Source: Basidiobolus ranarum (lineage: Eukaryota). From it: DNA of 64,000 bases. Positions 50,882 through 63,878 of the stretch are shown one piece after another (the first letter of the stretch is position 1; every line of letters starts with the position of its first letter). The notes under the pieces are model-generated. The model was not told the DNA's origin. It did not search any database and was given only the letters and a program-made list of their open reading frames with translations. Location of the stretch: NCBI GenBank assembly GCA_040143965.1, contig JASJQH010006878.1, positions 1 to 64,000 of the forward strand, written 5' to 3'. Position numbers and translations under genes: made by a program.

Positions 50882-51650
50882 TCTAAAGTTTAGTAGTCAA
50901 GCGATATTAATTGATACACCTAATCTATATAATTTATCCAAATGGATTTTTTTTCTTTTTTCTACTTAAAATTCAATCATGATTTTCTTAAGATAAATTG
51001 ATGATATATTTGAACATGACTGTGTATTGTCGACACGTACCATTCTCAAAAGAAAGGTCTTGAGCCATTCTGAGCATAGATTCAGAATAGAACAAAGCAT
51101 CCATCTTCTATTCTAGAATATCAGTGATCAGCGAGAATCCTAGTAGAAATTTATTTCTGATCATTGGGAGTTTAAAGATTGAGGTCAATGTATGCTCCAC
51201 CACTGTTGCACCAATCTAAGCTCGTACCACCTTTATTATATTATTAGCTTTCCTGGCTTTTCTGAAGCTCTCTTACCAATCATATGTCTGATGATCCAAT
51301 TTATTCACGTTGATTCAATCCTAAACTGGGGAAGAGTATCCCCCCTGTTGTCTCCTATCTTACTCCCCCCTTGTTAGATCACAACCAAGCAACATGGTAA
51401 TTCCGTGGCGCACTTGATGAATTTCTTGTTCGCCTTTTTTGTTGTATTTTCTTTTTCCCTGCGTTGGATTGATTTTCCTTTCCCAATCCCTACATTCTGT
51501 AACTCTATAGCTCCTCATTTGTCTTCTTCAGCCTCATATTCTTTCACATTAACTCATTTACATTCGTTCTATTTTGCTCATCTCCTTTACATTACCAAAC
51601 TTTATTAAACAGCAGTTGACTTCGACAGTTTTGCGTCACTTATTATTACC

Positions 51651-52415
51651 ATGCGTGAATACAAACTTGTTGTACTTGGTTCAGGTGGTGTTGGTAAATC
51701 TGCCTTGGTAAGCATCTGCTTTCTATCATATCTCCTTCAAGTCTTCCTTGACGTTTGAATATTGTAACTATTGCTCACTGTTTATCCTTTATCGAATACA
51801 TATTTTAGACTGTTCAATTCGTGCAATCTATATTTGTCGAGAAATACGACCCGACTATTGAAGATTCGTACAGAAAGCAGGTGGAGGTAGATGGACAACA
51901 ATGCATGTTGGAGATTTTGGATACTGCTGGTACGGAGCAGTTTACTGCAATGCGAGACCTTTACATGAAAAATGGACAAGGTTTTGTGTTGGCTTATTCA
52001 ATCACCTCTATGGCCACTTTCAATGATTTAGCCGAGTTAAGAGAGCAAATTGTCCGAGTTAAAGACTCAGAACAGGTGATTCTAATTAGAATTTGATCTA
52101 TATATGAACCTCCATTTACCATATTTGGAGTTCACTATCCTGGTATAGAAAGGTCCATTTAACTCAACCACTTTATTTTGGAAATAGGTTCCTACAGTTT
52201 TGGTTGGAAATAAATCGGATTTAGAGGCTGATCGATGCGTTCCGCGTGAGGTTGGTTTAGAACTAGCACAGCATTGGCCTGGTGCCACTTTCTTTGAAAC
52301 CTCAGCACGTAAAAGAAGCAATGTTGATGATGCTTTCTTCGAACTTGTACGACAAATAAATCGACAAAATCCTGGACGTTTGGATAAGCGCAAAAAGAAG
52401 TGTATCATCCTCTAA
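51651..52415 (+). CDS. RSR1: Rap1/Rsr1 small GTPase
   Basis: [36 protein letters not shown] (Rap-type T61) and CAAX CIIL. Confidence 0.95.
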
Positions 52416-52931
52416 CTTTACCTCTTCCTTCAGCTTTTATTTTCCAATCATTTCCATCATCCCATTTAATTCCACCTAAAATTTGTTTGTTGTCTTCATG
52501 TCCGGATCTACACCCAGCCCTACTTCTATTTACCTTCTTTTAATAGCTTCTTACATGGTCTCTGTGGACCATCGGTGATTATCTCAGTGTTGGATCTTTA
52601 AAGAATAGTCACCGAATTTGTACTTCCACACTGCTGGAATTTGTTAACACTAATATATACAACCTCCCCAAATACCCATCAAGCTACATATTTGATCAGA
52701 TATCTTTTAATCAAAATCTTCACTAACTAAATCCCAGGTATTTGGTGTGTTGAGTTCATTGAGTCTAACCAATAAATCTGGAATTCTAAGCAACATTTAT
52801 ACTTGACCTTCTATACTAGAATATACATCTGAACAACACTTGAAAGATAGAGCCAATCTCTTACAGGTGGAAGTGCTAGCAGCAACAGGATAGCCAGTAA
52901 AGTGGAATTGTTGGGTATTGAGTTTGCACTA

Positions 52932-55128
52932 CTAATAAGCCGAAGTATCAATCAATTTATAGTTACTAATGCAATCGAGAACCCAATTGGCTAACACCAC
53001 CTCACGAGAATATTGCTCTCGAAGCCTATTTTTCGTTCGCATTGCTGTCGCATTATCACATATCACTAAAGTCTGTTGTGAACAATTCGAGGGAGGACAC
53101 TTGTCGACGATTGTGGCTCCACCTGCAGTTAACAGTGTGATAAGGTCGTCACGCGACGGTTGCTTAAACTCACCAACAAGGAGATATTGTTGGTTATGGA
53201 ATAACTTTGGTTCCTACGTGCAATTCGAATCATTAGCTGGTGAGGATGGAAAGTAAATTGATCCACAAAGAGGCTTACTCCATTTTTTATACTTTGACGA
53301 GCTCTCTTCGGTCCATAATTTGAATAACGTTCGTCACCAATAACTTCATAAACATCTTCATCAAGCCATTCATTGCGGCTCAGTGAATCTTCAATCCCTA
53401 CTCGATTTCAATATAGTTTAGGTTGAGGTGTATTCTATGGAAAGGGTAAGCTGTACAAAAGATATACATTGGTAATTTACAAGCCAACGTCCATGCAGTA
53501 TGGCAAGAAAGTATTTCATCGTACGTTTTGAGGTGCCTTTAACTATCAATTGTTTTAATACCATGAAGGATAATGAACTTCGATAATCCATAGATTACCC
53601 GCTTCGGTGACTAGATGTGTAACGTCGCTCGTAAACTCAGTGACGATGGTAGCATTAAGTTTTTTGACCGAGGTATTCATTTTTTTCTTAAGAATAACAA
53701 ATATTAGCTTGGTTATCATCAATGTGAGCGATGTAGAAGAAATGCTGTTATACAATTTGAGAAGCCTTAAGCATCGTTCCTAAGATAACCGGCATTTCTT
53801 GTGTATCTTGATTCTGAGAGGCCACTTCAGAAGAATCAAACAAATCTGGTGAGGAGCACCTTGTGTTCGAAAGCGATTCACGCGATGTATCTTGAGTATC
53901 GTTCTGAATCATGATTTTTGGTGTTCCTTCATCTAGAATATCCGATTTAATAAAAGGAATACTTCCTGTTTGGTGATGAGAGAACTGAACTTACTATTCA
54001 GTTCAGCTAAAACCACATCAACGTCTGATACTAATTGCTGTAGTAACATCAGATTCTGCGTGATTGAAAGTTTTAGTATGGTGTCAACCCAAGTGGGAAT
54101 TTTTCTGAGATTCAATACCTGTGTAGAAGGCTCCACTTGAGAAGCGTCAATATCCACCGACAAACTCGGGTCATATTGAATATGAGCTAGATATCCAGGA
54201 ATGTTAATGGAATCCATGATAAACATTTCCCATCAAACTTACGAGAGTTCGTAGATTTTTCTTTAACAATAAACAATGAGCAAAAGAAAATCGTAATAAG
54301 ATAAATGAGTGTATACACATACCTAAAGAAGAGATGATGTTTTTCCCTTTAGAATATTCGGGTTTAATCATAATTCTATTATTTACGTGATCTCCAGAAT
54401 CCTGAAATATTAATGTTAAACATAATCCCAAGAATGTTTTGATGGTTATTTTGACAATCCACTTACTTGATCGACATCCATAATTTCCATTTTAGCCTTT
54501 CCTTTACTTTTGGTTTTACGCCGTTTATTTCTAATCGGGCTATTGGGAGTATCGTCCTGTTTCGTGTCTACGCCCTCTTTCACCGGGTAGGGATATGCCT
54601 GAGAGAGGTTGGGGATTGGTTCGCATTGCCATTCACTGTGTTGCTTTTCTTGAGATAAGGCTATAATGGTGGTTGGAAGTTTGAGAATTTAACCAATATA
54701 GTAAAAAGGAGGCACTAGTTACCAGCCCCTGTCATTTCTTCGTATGAATCGAGTAATTCTTGATATGCATCGGCTAGTTCCCCGGTTGATTCCATTTTAT
54801 TCAGTCCTCTCTTAGTTATTGGAGTTTTACAAAGTGGACATTTTGCTAGATTCATTTGAAGCGATTGGTGTATGCATTCTTCACAGAATAAATGGTTGCA
54901 TTGGGTTGAATAAGGATCTCGTAGAATTCCCAGGCTAATGAAGATAACATATGTGAATAGTTAAATTATAGAGCTCTTCTTCGAGAATATATTGGTCATT
55001 TAAAAAGACTACCAAATTGGACAATTGAGTTCTGCTGCCATTCGTCGTAGAAGACCACTTACAGTTTTTGGGATTTCCTCATTCACCAAGACTGATTGAG
55101 AGAGGATTGTATTTTGCTCCAAAGACAT
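52932..55128 (-). CDS. BRCA1: BRCA1-like protein (N-terminal RING, C-terminal tandem BRCT), multi-exon
   Basis: RING ELNCPICL..CNHLFC..CPLCKTPITKRGL. BRCT1 THLV..RTMKYFLAILHGRWLVNYQWIEDS..GPKRARQS. BRCT2 KLF..GGATIV..WVLDCISNY. Confidence 0.88.
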
Positions 55129-55529
55129 ATGTAAGAGTTTAAAGCAAAGTTCGGTGTGATATACAGTAGAAACTACGGTAACGAAAAATACTATTTGCTA
55201 TGTTGAAGTTCAAAAAGATATTATGCCCTCTTGTCTCGAATTTCTGGTTAGTTCATTACCATAGTAGCAGTCAAAATCACAACAAATCTTTGAAACAAAA
55301 GCTAGCAGAGGGTAGAAAAGCTAACTGCGCCATTGCTTAACTTAATTCAACTTTCTCTATAATGAATAAATTAAATCCATTCCAAAGGGGTCATCAAATC
55401 ACGGTTTTATAAAAAAATCTGAGGTTTTTTTATGCTTTCACGCGATCGTATCATTAAGTAATAGTAGCATTCACACCAAAAAGATTTAGTTGCTATTTAC
55501 CTTGTTCTCCTAGAGTATTTCTCGACGAG

Positions 55530-58114
55530 ATGCCGGGTCAAAATCTCAAAAGTAACGTCGACAATGATGACAGCTCGTCTCTATTTATGATTGTATCCTT
55601 TTTATATAGTCCAACATACTAGTTTAGCCTATCTATACTTTACATACGTTTAATTCCTTAACACTGATCTATAGAGCGAAGAAGACATCGCATATGAAGA
55701 AGACCTTTTACGAAACCCTTATACCCTTAAAAGTTGGTTGAGATATTTGGATCACAAGAGTAACTCTTCACTCCAACATAAAATCTTTATCTATGAAAGA
55801 GCTGTCAAAGAACTCCCTGGTTCTTATAAGCTTTGGAAAGCTTACTTGGATCTTAGACGTTCTATCCTCAAGGGTAAGAATCCTGTAAGCTTTGCTCCCG
55901 CATATGAAAAAGTGAACAATTGCTTTGAAAGAGCTTTAGTTTTATTACACAAGGTATGCCACTTCAGAAACCCCCATTCGCATCCACTACTTTGATTTTA
56001 ACTAGATGCTTTGAAACTATAGATGCCTCGTATCTGGCTTGACTATTGTCACTTTTTGATCAATCAAGGGTATGTTACAAAAACCCGTAGAGTTTTTGAT
56101 CGCGCACTTCGTGCTCTTCCCATTACCCAGCATTCTAGAGTATGGGAATTATACTTAAGATTTGCGCGTCTGGTTGGTGGTGAAACCTCGTTACGTATTT
56201 ACAAACGCTATCTTCAATTAGAACCTGACCATGTAGAGGAGTATGTTGATTTACTCATTTCCTTAAAACGATACGACGAGGCCACCACTAAGCTTGCCGT
56301 AATAGCTAATGACGATAAATTCAAATCGTTACATGGAAAGTCTAAATATCAGCTGTGGATGGAGCTCTGTGATATTGCTTGTAAACATCCCACAGAAATT
56401 AAGACCTTAAATATCGAACCTATTATTCGTGATGGAATTAAACGATTTACCGATCAGGTAGGAAAATTGTGGAATTCTTTAGCTAGATACTGGATAATGC
56501 AAAATCAATTCGAAAAAGCTAGAGACGTATACGAAGAGGGGATAAATTCTGTCATGACAGTTCGTGATTTTACTCAAGTCTTCGATGCATACGCTGAATT
56601 TGAAGAGTCTGTTATCACATCTAAAATGGAATTGGTTGCTGAGCGAGCAGAAGATGGTGAACAAGATCCCGAGGAAGATTTGGATCTTGACTTAAGATTG
56701 ATGAGATTTGAAAAATTAATGGATAGACGGCCATTCCTTGTCAACGATGTTCTCCTTAGACAAAACCCTAACAATGTCAGCGAATGGGAAAAACGTGTTG
56801 CCTTGTGGAAAGATAATGCTGAAAAGATTGTTGAGACATACACAACAGCCATAGCTACTATAAATCCCAAGAAAGCCACTGGTAAACTCAATCAATTATG
56901 GGTGAACTTTGCTAAGTTTTACGAAAAAGGAGGTAACTTGGAAACAGCCCGTGCCGTTTTTGAAAAAGGAGTTTTGGTCAACTTCAAGTCTGTGAATGAT
57001 TTGGCCGATCTCTGGTGTGAATATGCCGAAATGGAACTTCGACATGAGAATTTCGATAGGGCTGCTGAGATCATGGGTCGCGCGACTGCTCCTCCAAAGA
57101 ACACCAAAGTCAGTTACCATGATGAATCGATACCGGTCCAAAATCGTGTCTTTAAAGCTTTGAAGCTCTGGTCGTTTTATGTTGATCTTGAAGAAAGTAT
57201 TGGTTCTGTTGAATCCACTCGTGCTGTATATGACCGTGTTTTAGACTTGAAGATTGCTACACCACAGATCATCATCAATTACGCCGCTTTTCTGGAAGAA
57301 AACAAATACTTTGAAGAGAGTTTCAAAGTATATGAGCGGGGTGTTGAGTTGTTCAACCATCCAGTGGCTTTCGAAATATGGAATATCTACCTCTCCAAGT
57401 TCCTTGAACGCTTTGGCGGCTCCAAGCTTGAGCGCGCCCGAGATCTCTTCGAACAAGCATTGGAGAAGTGTCCTGCTAAATTTGCCAAACCTCTTTATTT
57501 GATGTATGGCAAACTTGAAGAAGAACACGGTTTAGCCAAGCATGCCATGAAGATTTATGATCGTGCTACTAGAGCAGTCTCTGATGAAGACAGATTTGAA
57601 ATGTTTAATTTCTATATCGCCAAGGCCAGTGCCTCATTTGGTATCGCATCTACCCGCGAAATTTATGAACGTTCGGTGGAGGTTTTACCAGATCACCAAG
57701 CCAGAGAAATGTGTATGAGATATGCCGAGTTAGAAGTTAAGCTTGGCGAAATTGACCGTGCTAGAGCTTTATATGCATTTGGATCTCAGTTCTGCGATCC
57801 TCGAGTAAGTGTTAGTTGTTTAAGAGGATCTTTCTTCATAGTGTTGACCCTTATTTCTATTTTAGATTGTACCTACGTTCTGGAAGATCTGGGAGAATTT
57901 CGAAATTAAGCATGGTAATGAGGATACTTACAAGGAGATGCTTCGCATCAAGAGAAGTGTTCAAGCACAATATAACACGGAGGTTAATTTCATCTCGGCT
58001 CAAATGATCGCTACTCGCCAGGAACAGCAGCAACAAGAAACTGAATCTAAGGCACCAGCAAGCACTGAAGTAGCTGGATCTGGAGAAATTGATATCGACG
58101 ATATGGATCTCTAA
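55530..58114 (+). CDS. SYF1: pre-mRNA splicing factor SYF1/XAB2 (HAT repeats)
   Basis: [42 protein letters not shown] and [17 protein letters not shown]. Confidence 0.97.
55593..55674 (+). other. U12-type GT-AG intron (intron 1 of SYF1)
   Basis: 5' GTATCCTTT, branch TTCCTTAAC at 55654-55662, short distance to AG, phase 0. Confidence 0.85.
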
Positions 58115-58375
58115 TGGAAAGGATGATTGGAAGCCACGGAAGCGGCCCCTCTGTTTTTTACATGTTTTGATTTGAAGTCACCTATAAATGCAAATTCAAT
58201 ATATAAAAACTAGCTGTAAAATAGGAATCATTCAAGTTAATGTTTTCAGTGTATGGATTTATTGAAACAGCGGAATTCACTTGCGCACACCAATTCTCAT
58301 GATATATATAGTCGCATAACATGTCTATAAATTATAGGCGTATGTGAATAGTCGGTGTAGCTTGTATATCCTTCG

Positions 58376-59592
58376 TTATTGAGCTTTTAATAATTGTTCT
58401 TTTTCCATGGTGATCAGTTTGGCAAGACGTGTAGCTATGTTTTTTCCTGGAACGTTCCAAGTTTCACAGAATTTCTCAGCAACCTCACGAGGATCGTCAA
58501 ATTCGTGTAGAACAATGGTTTTTCTCCCACCATCATGAATTTCGATATCTAACAACATAATGATTTCCCCTTGCTCTATCCCTTGTGCAGTCTCTTCCTC
58601 ACTTTCAGATGTAACATGCTGTGGATTTTTGGTAGTTGCCACTTCCGAAGCTGGGGGTTTTGTCGACTCCGATGGCTTATCTGAATTATAAGTAATGATC
58701 TCTTCAGCCGCATCTATTAGGTATTCCTGAGAGTCGTCATCTTCTGTAGGATCACTCCAATATTCTAACCCATCTATATCAGAACTACAATCGAATAACG
58801 TGCATTTTCGTTCAGTCTCTTCCAATTCCAACTCTGAAAACCCATCTATGATTATCCCTATTTTTTGATATTCGTCTTGCTCTGCCAAGTCATCCCAAGG
58901 TGTGGATAGCTTCCTTTCCGTGGATTGAAAATTTTTACTTGCATTCGGTTTGGGGTATTTTTGAACTTCTTTACGCCTATTATGCTCTATGTACTCCGGC
59001 TTGAAATTTTTTCCTTGTCTATGTAATTGACCTGATCCTACTTCATACTCTGAAGTCTTTTTAATCGATACCGGCACATTAAATGATTGATTTTTTCTAT
59101 TCTTGTTCTTATGTTTAGGAAGCGCTCTATTATCTGGGTTTGGTTTGTAGTTTTTTCCTATACGATGAAGACCACCAGCTTCTACTTCTCCGGCCGCTAA
59201 CTTGCTCTTTTGAGGTCCTATGGTATGCCAAGCTGAAACGGCATGCTTTGGAAGCTTTGTAGAACTGGAATTGACATTCTTATAATCCTCCATTGTATCT
59301 AAATCACACGAACCATGGTCACTAAAACTTGGCTTGCCCTTTGTATAGTCAAATAGATAACGATCTGTGGTATTTAGTTTATCTGTTTATATTTGTTTAT
59401 CGAAATATAGGCTTTCTTACTTTTACCGGAGACATGTTTTTCTTTTCTTGGCCTACCTCCTTCGTTAATTGGTTTATAATTTTTACCAAGTCGATGCAAA
59501 CCACCCAAAGCGACTGTTCCCTCTCTTCGATCACTTTCAACGGGACCTAAGGAATGCCAGGCTGATATTCTGTCCTGTTTAAGCTCGGACAT
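58376..59592 (-). CDS. hypothetical protein with internal GGLHRxGKNYKP repeats and a small C-terminal domain
   Basis: Two exons share the repeat SAWH.(L/I)GP..GGLHR.GKNYKP. The C-terminus reads LLDIEIHDGGRKTIVLHEFDDPREVAEKFCETW. The 5' end is uncertain. Confidence 0.75.
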
Positions 59593-60106
59593 GCTATCTT
59601 TCTTCGTATCTGAAGGGGTTAATAAACAATATTTAAAGGATGGAATTAAAATAATAGACTAAAGAAAATGGCTGGCCAATGCTCCAGTGTGTGGTTGCCA
59701 GAACAAAAAAGAGAATAATCAAACTCAAAGGGACTCTTTATTGAATCTCCTTGTCCATTTGTTCGCTTAAATCAATAGACATGCGAGCGATAAAATGGTT
59801 TGATTAAAAATGAAATGATGGAATAATCACAATCATCACTCAAGGTTATATATATGTGAACCTTAATCCAGAAAAGAGGCACAAGTTGAGCGAACTTCAT
59901 GACTGCTAATTTTCAGGATTTATTTAACCCCAGCTAAGATAAAATCTAACGTTTATTTCTACGAGAAAATAGCCATTGGTATTGCGTGAGTTAAAAGCAA
60001 GGCATTTTTGTCATCTGAAATGCAAATTGAGTCCAGTAAGTCTAATCCGTTCCAGTCAATCCTTCGGACTTGTGGTTAGTTACAGTATGTTCAGCTCCAA
60101 CTGATT

Positions 60107-60729
60107 TCAAATTTTCGATCTACATGACTTGAGATGTTATATGAAATGTGGAATATTGGCTGTAATAAGGCTATTGATTACCAAAGTGTAGTTACTCATC
60201 TCCCCTTCATATCGCGCTTTATCTTGGACTGCCAATTCAGCATAAGGCTACTCAATAAAGTTAGTACAAACACCCACAAATCCCAGAAATCTAGTGAGTA
60301 CCTTTTTTTCGTCTTCACCCATAGTTTTCCACCTGGCTGCCAAAAGCTTTACCAAATCAGATGGTGAAGCATCGGGGTTGTTTTCTTTCTCAGACGCTCT
60401 GGTTCGTATGTTGGTTAGTATCTGTGTATATATGGTAAGCACTTTGCTTTTTATATTTGTAAAGACTACCTCTGCTCTGTTGCGAAGATTATGTACGAGC
60501 TTCTTGGCCTCTTCGGACGATCTTTCTTTCGGTCATCGTCGCCTTTGTCTGTCTTGGATTTTCTTCCTCTCTTGACACCTTTTTCATTTGAGGTATTGGA
60601 TTGAAGTCTTTTTGGCTTTGATACTACGTTACATATCACCTTTTGCATACTATAGGATTTTTGGGTGCCTGCGTCGATACGTTTGCTCGTTAATTCGTTG
60701 GAGATTTTCTTTACTCCTGAGTATTCCAT
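60107..60729 (-). CDS. HMG-box protein (HMGB/Nhp6-type box), ends uncertain
   Basis: RPKRPRSSYIIFATEQR..NPDAS..LVKLLAARWKTMGEDEKK-PYAELAVQDKARYEGEM. Confidence 0.85.
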
Positions 60730-61059
60730 AGTCTTCTCTATGAAGAATTTGGTCAAGAACTGAAAGTACCAATTCAATGTGCGTTGGTTGGCATTTTTAT
60801 GCTCATCTTGGCCTATCGCATCACCTGATATTGCGCCGCACATGGTAAATAGATGCAGTTTAGAATATATGCTTCACCATAAACCTTGAGTCATTGATCT
60901 TCAATAAGCATAGCATTCATTCAAGTTGAAGTGATGATTTCAAGGATTCATTAGAAAATAACCCTGCGAAGACTACAATATTACAGTAAATCGAATCAAG
61001 TTTATTCATCAGATTTTCACTAGTTCACTGCGACTTTGAGTAAATGCAAACTACTCAGA

Positions 61060-61769
61060 TTATGATTTTTGATAATGTTTTTGTGTAGAAGGAGCAACCC
61101 CAAATTCCTCTGGAATGTCGATTTTATGCTCAATACATATTACTTTGATAAGAGCATGGTGGTGAACTAAAATTGAGCACTGATTAGACCAATAATTTCA
61201 GCTATACCAAATACATCAAACTTGACTACTTACTAGCGTGATGAATACAGAACCATAACTCTCTTCCATAATTTGACAAGAATTCGGATTCTTTATCTTC
61301 AGTGCTATTAACAATTGCGAGTAAACGAACAGGTGTATCGAGCGACATAGTATTGTTTAGTATTTTGGTCTGAAGTTTCTCGATTTCTTGAATAGCTATC
61401 TGTTTATCTGTCTCCATAGGAACCTAAGTACGGAAGTTAAGTTATTGAAGCCAAAAAAAACCAACCTTGAATAATAGTTCATACATTACGGTCGCGAGAG
61501 TCATAATCAACTGCCCAGATAGTTTGTCCATTTTGAATGCATGGAGTGTCCGGCTTATTTACCAGAAGCAGTCTATAATGATCAACCAAGTGTCGTACAT
61601 GCTTTGCAATGTTACTCTTTGGAACAAAAACTGATTCCTTTGTAAACAAGAGTGCGTCTGGAAGTGACTCCAGAAGAGCTTTACTTTGTTGTAACACTTC
61701 AGCGGCAACTGAGCCAAGCTCGTAGTCCTTGTCCGTCTTCTCGGTAGGTACACTTGTGTTCTTTGTCAT
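61060..61769 (-). CDS. DinB/YfiT-superfamily protein, 3 exons
   Basis: IAKHVRHLVDHY, VDYDSRDR, GRELWFCIHHA.HHHALIK and FGVAPST. Confidence 0.82.
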
Positions 61770-62453
61770 TTCGAATCTTCTTGTTTTACAGGCTTAACTC
61801 TAGTACGATGTATATATAGAAAGAGTTGGTAGAGATGTAAGTATGTGTTACACTCTACAAATATGCTTTAAAGGCAACACTCATCCCGTCATTACCTGCA
61901 TGTGACTTGGTACTCCAGTTTTACCTCAAACCTTTAATGACAAATCAGGTTTATTGTAGCATATCACCTCAACTGACGCAAGTCACATATCATTGTTTAC
62001 TTACTCAAATCAGTTAAATATTGTGGGGACGCATATTACATAGCCATTCAATTCTGAATCAATACTTTACTACTGTATGAAATGATCAATATGTCATGAG
62101 TATTAAATTAAATTAAATTAAATCAACTACGATTCATATCCCTGGAAATTAATCATGAATTTAAACGGTATTTATAAAATTGATTAAAACCAACCTTTTG
62201 ATGTAAAGTTAAACAATTCATAACTGTGATTTATTCTATATTTAAAATGAAGTTAACTTGATTCCAAATATTCTTGGGGCTTGGATTAAAAAAACTAGTG
62301 TGAAATTAATCAGCTTACGTAGTCGTCACCACCTAGGAGAGAAGCAACGCGCAATACTACTTCTCCTGGTCTTGAACTAATAAAGATTATCGACAGAAGT
62401 AAGAGCAGAAATATTTATACTTAACGCATCCAAGTCATATATATACATACAAG

Positions 62454-63878
62454 ATGGTTCTCGAAGCTACTATGCTCATGTAAAGTTTCATTCTCATAAT
62501 CGTACATCTAATTCCATGTTTATCAGGATCCTTACAATCGTTTACCTCCTACTTGTAACATATATAGTTTAGATAACTCCGAATGGATGAGAAATGGCGA
62601 TTACACTCCCACTCGATTGGAAGCCCAAGGAGACGCTGTCAACTTGATTTTCAACTCAAAGTTTCAATCTAATCCCGAAAATACTGTTGGTTTAATGACG
62701 ATGGCAAGAAAAGGGTTTGTATTTATTTAAAAAGATGTGTGTGTGTGTGACTTCTTAAATTTACACAGATTTTTTTTCTTCATGTAGTCCTGAAGTGTTG
62801 GTCACTTTAACTCGCGATGTAGGGAAAATTCTAAATGCTCTTCATAATATCAAGGTGGAAGGAAACTCCAACCTGACTACTGGAATCCAAATTGCTCAGG
62901 TTTGTGTTTATTTTAAGATACTCTTTATTTTTACTCCTTTGTTGACTTATTCACTTGTCTGTCGAAACTATACAGCTTGCATTGAAGCACAGACAGAATA
63001 AAAATCAGCAACAACGTATCATTGTCTTCGTTGGTAGTCCAGTATCAACCGATGAGAAAAGTTTAGTAAAGTTGGCCAAGAAAATGAAGAAAAACAATAT
63101 CGCCATTGACGTCATCAACTTTGGTGAAGAAGGAGAAAATACCAGTAAACTTGAAGCTTTTATAACTGCTGTTAATAGTAATGATAATAGGTAAGACATA
63201 AACTTGCTTTACTTCATTCAGGAAATACAGCGATATATTAATGTATCTTTAATATTTTCTAGTCATCTTGTTACTATCCCACCAGGTCCTCATATTCTCA
63301 GCGATATTCTCCTATCCTCACCTATTTTCGCCGGCGAAGGTAGCTCCGTGCCCGGATATAGTGGCTCTGGAGGCTCCTATGAACTTGGCGTGGATCCTAA
63401 CCTTGATCCTGAACTTGCTCTCGCTCTTCGTATTTCTCTTGAAGAAGAAAAAGCTCGTCAAGAACAAGAATCTGCCAAGACTACCCAAGATAAAGAGGGC
63501 AACCTTGCCACTCCTCAAGCTACAGCCTCATCAGCTAATGCTGGCAACAGTGAAGAAGATATGTTAGCCCAAGCCTTAGCCATGTCTATGGATAATGCTG
63601 ATGGTAAGGATATTCAAATGGAAGATGTACCCGAGGAAGCATTGACCGAGGAGGAACAAATTGCTCGTGCCATCTCTTTATCCATGCAATCCGAATCCAA
63701 CGACCAAAGTAACGCAGAAACCACATCCTCTGACTCCACCTTTATGAATTCAGTTTTAGAATCCCTCCCAGGCGTTGATCCAAATGACCCACGCGTTAAA
63801 AGTGCCTTACAAGGACTTTCCAGCAATCCCGATTCTGATAAAAAAGAGAAACAGAATGATGATGAAAAGAAGGAGTAA
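62454..63878 (+). CDS. RPN10: 26S proteasome ubiquitin receptor Rpn10
   Basis: [25 protein letters not shown] domain, UIMs [15 protein letters not shown] and [12 protein letters not shown], and LPGVDPND. Confidence 0.97.

Noticed and set aside
53398-53467. ATATCTTTT near the BRCA1 donor as another U12 site
   Set aside because: The frame requires the GTATAT donor and no U12 branch consensus is present, so it is treated as U2.
60107-60843. HMG gene as a Mucorales-type sex locus (SexP/SexM)
   Set aside because: The box is HMGB/Nhp6-type (KRPRSSY..PY..A..DK.RY), not MATA-HMG, and there are no flanking triose-phosphate transporter or RNA helicase genes.
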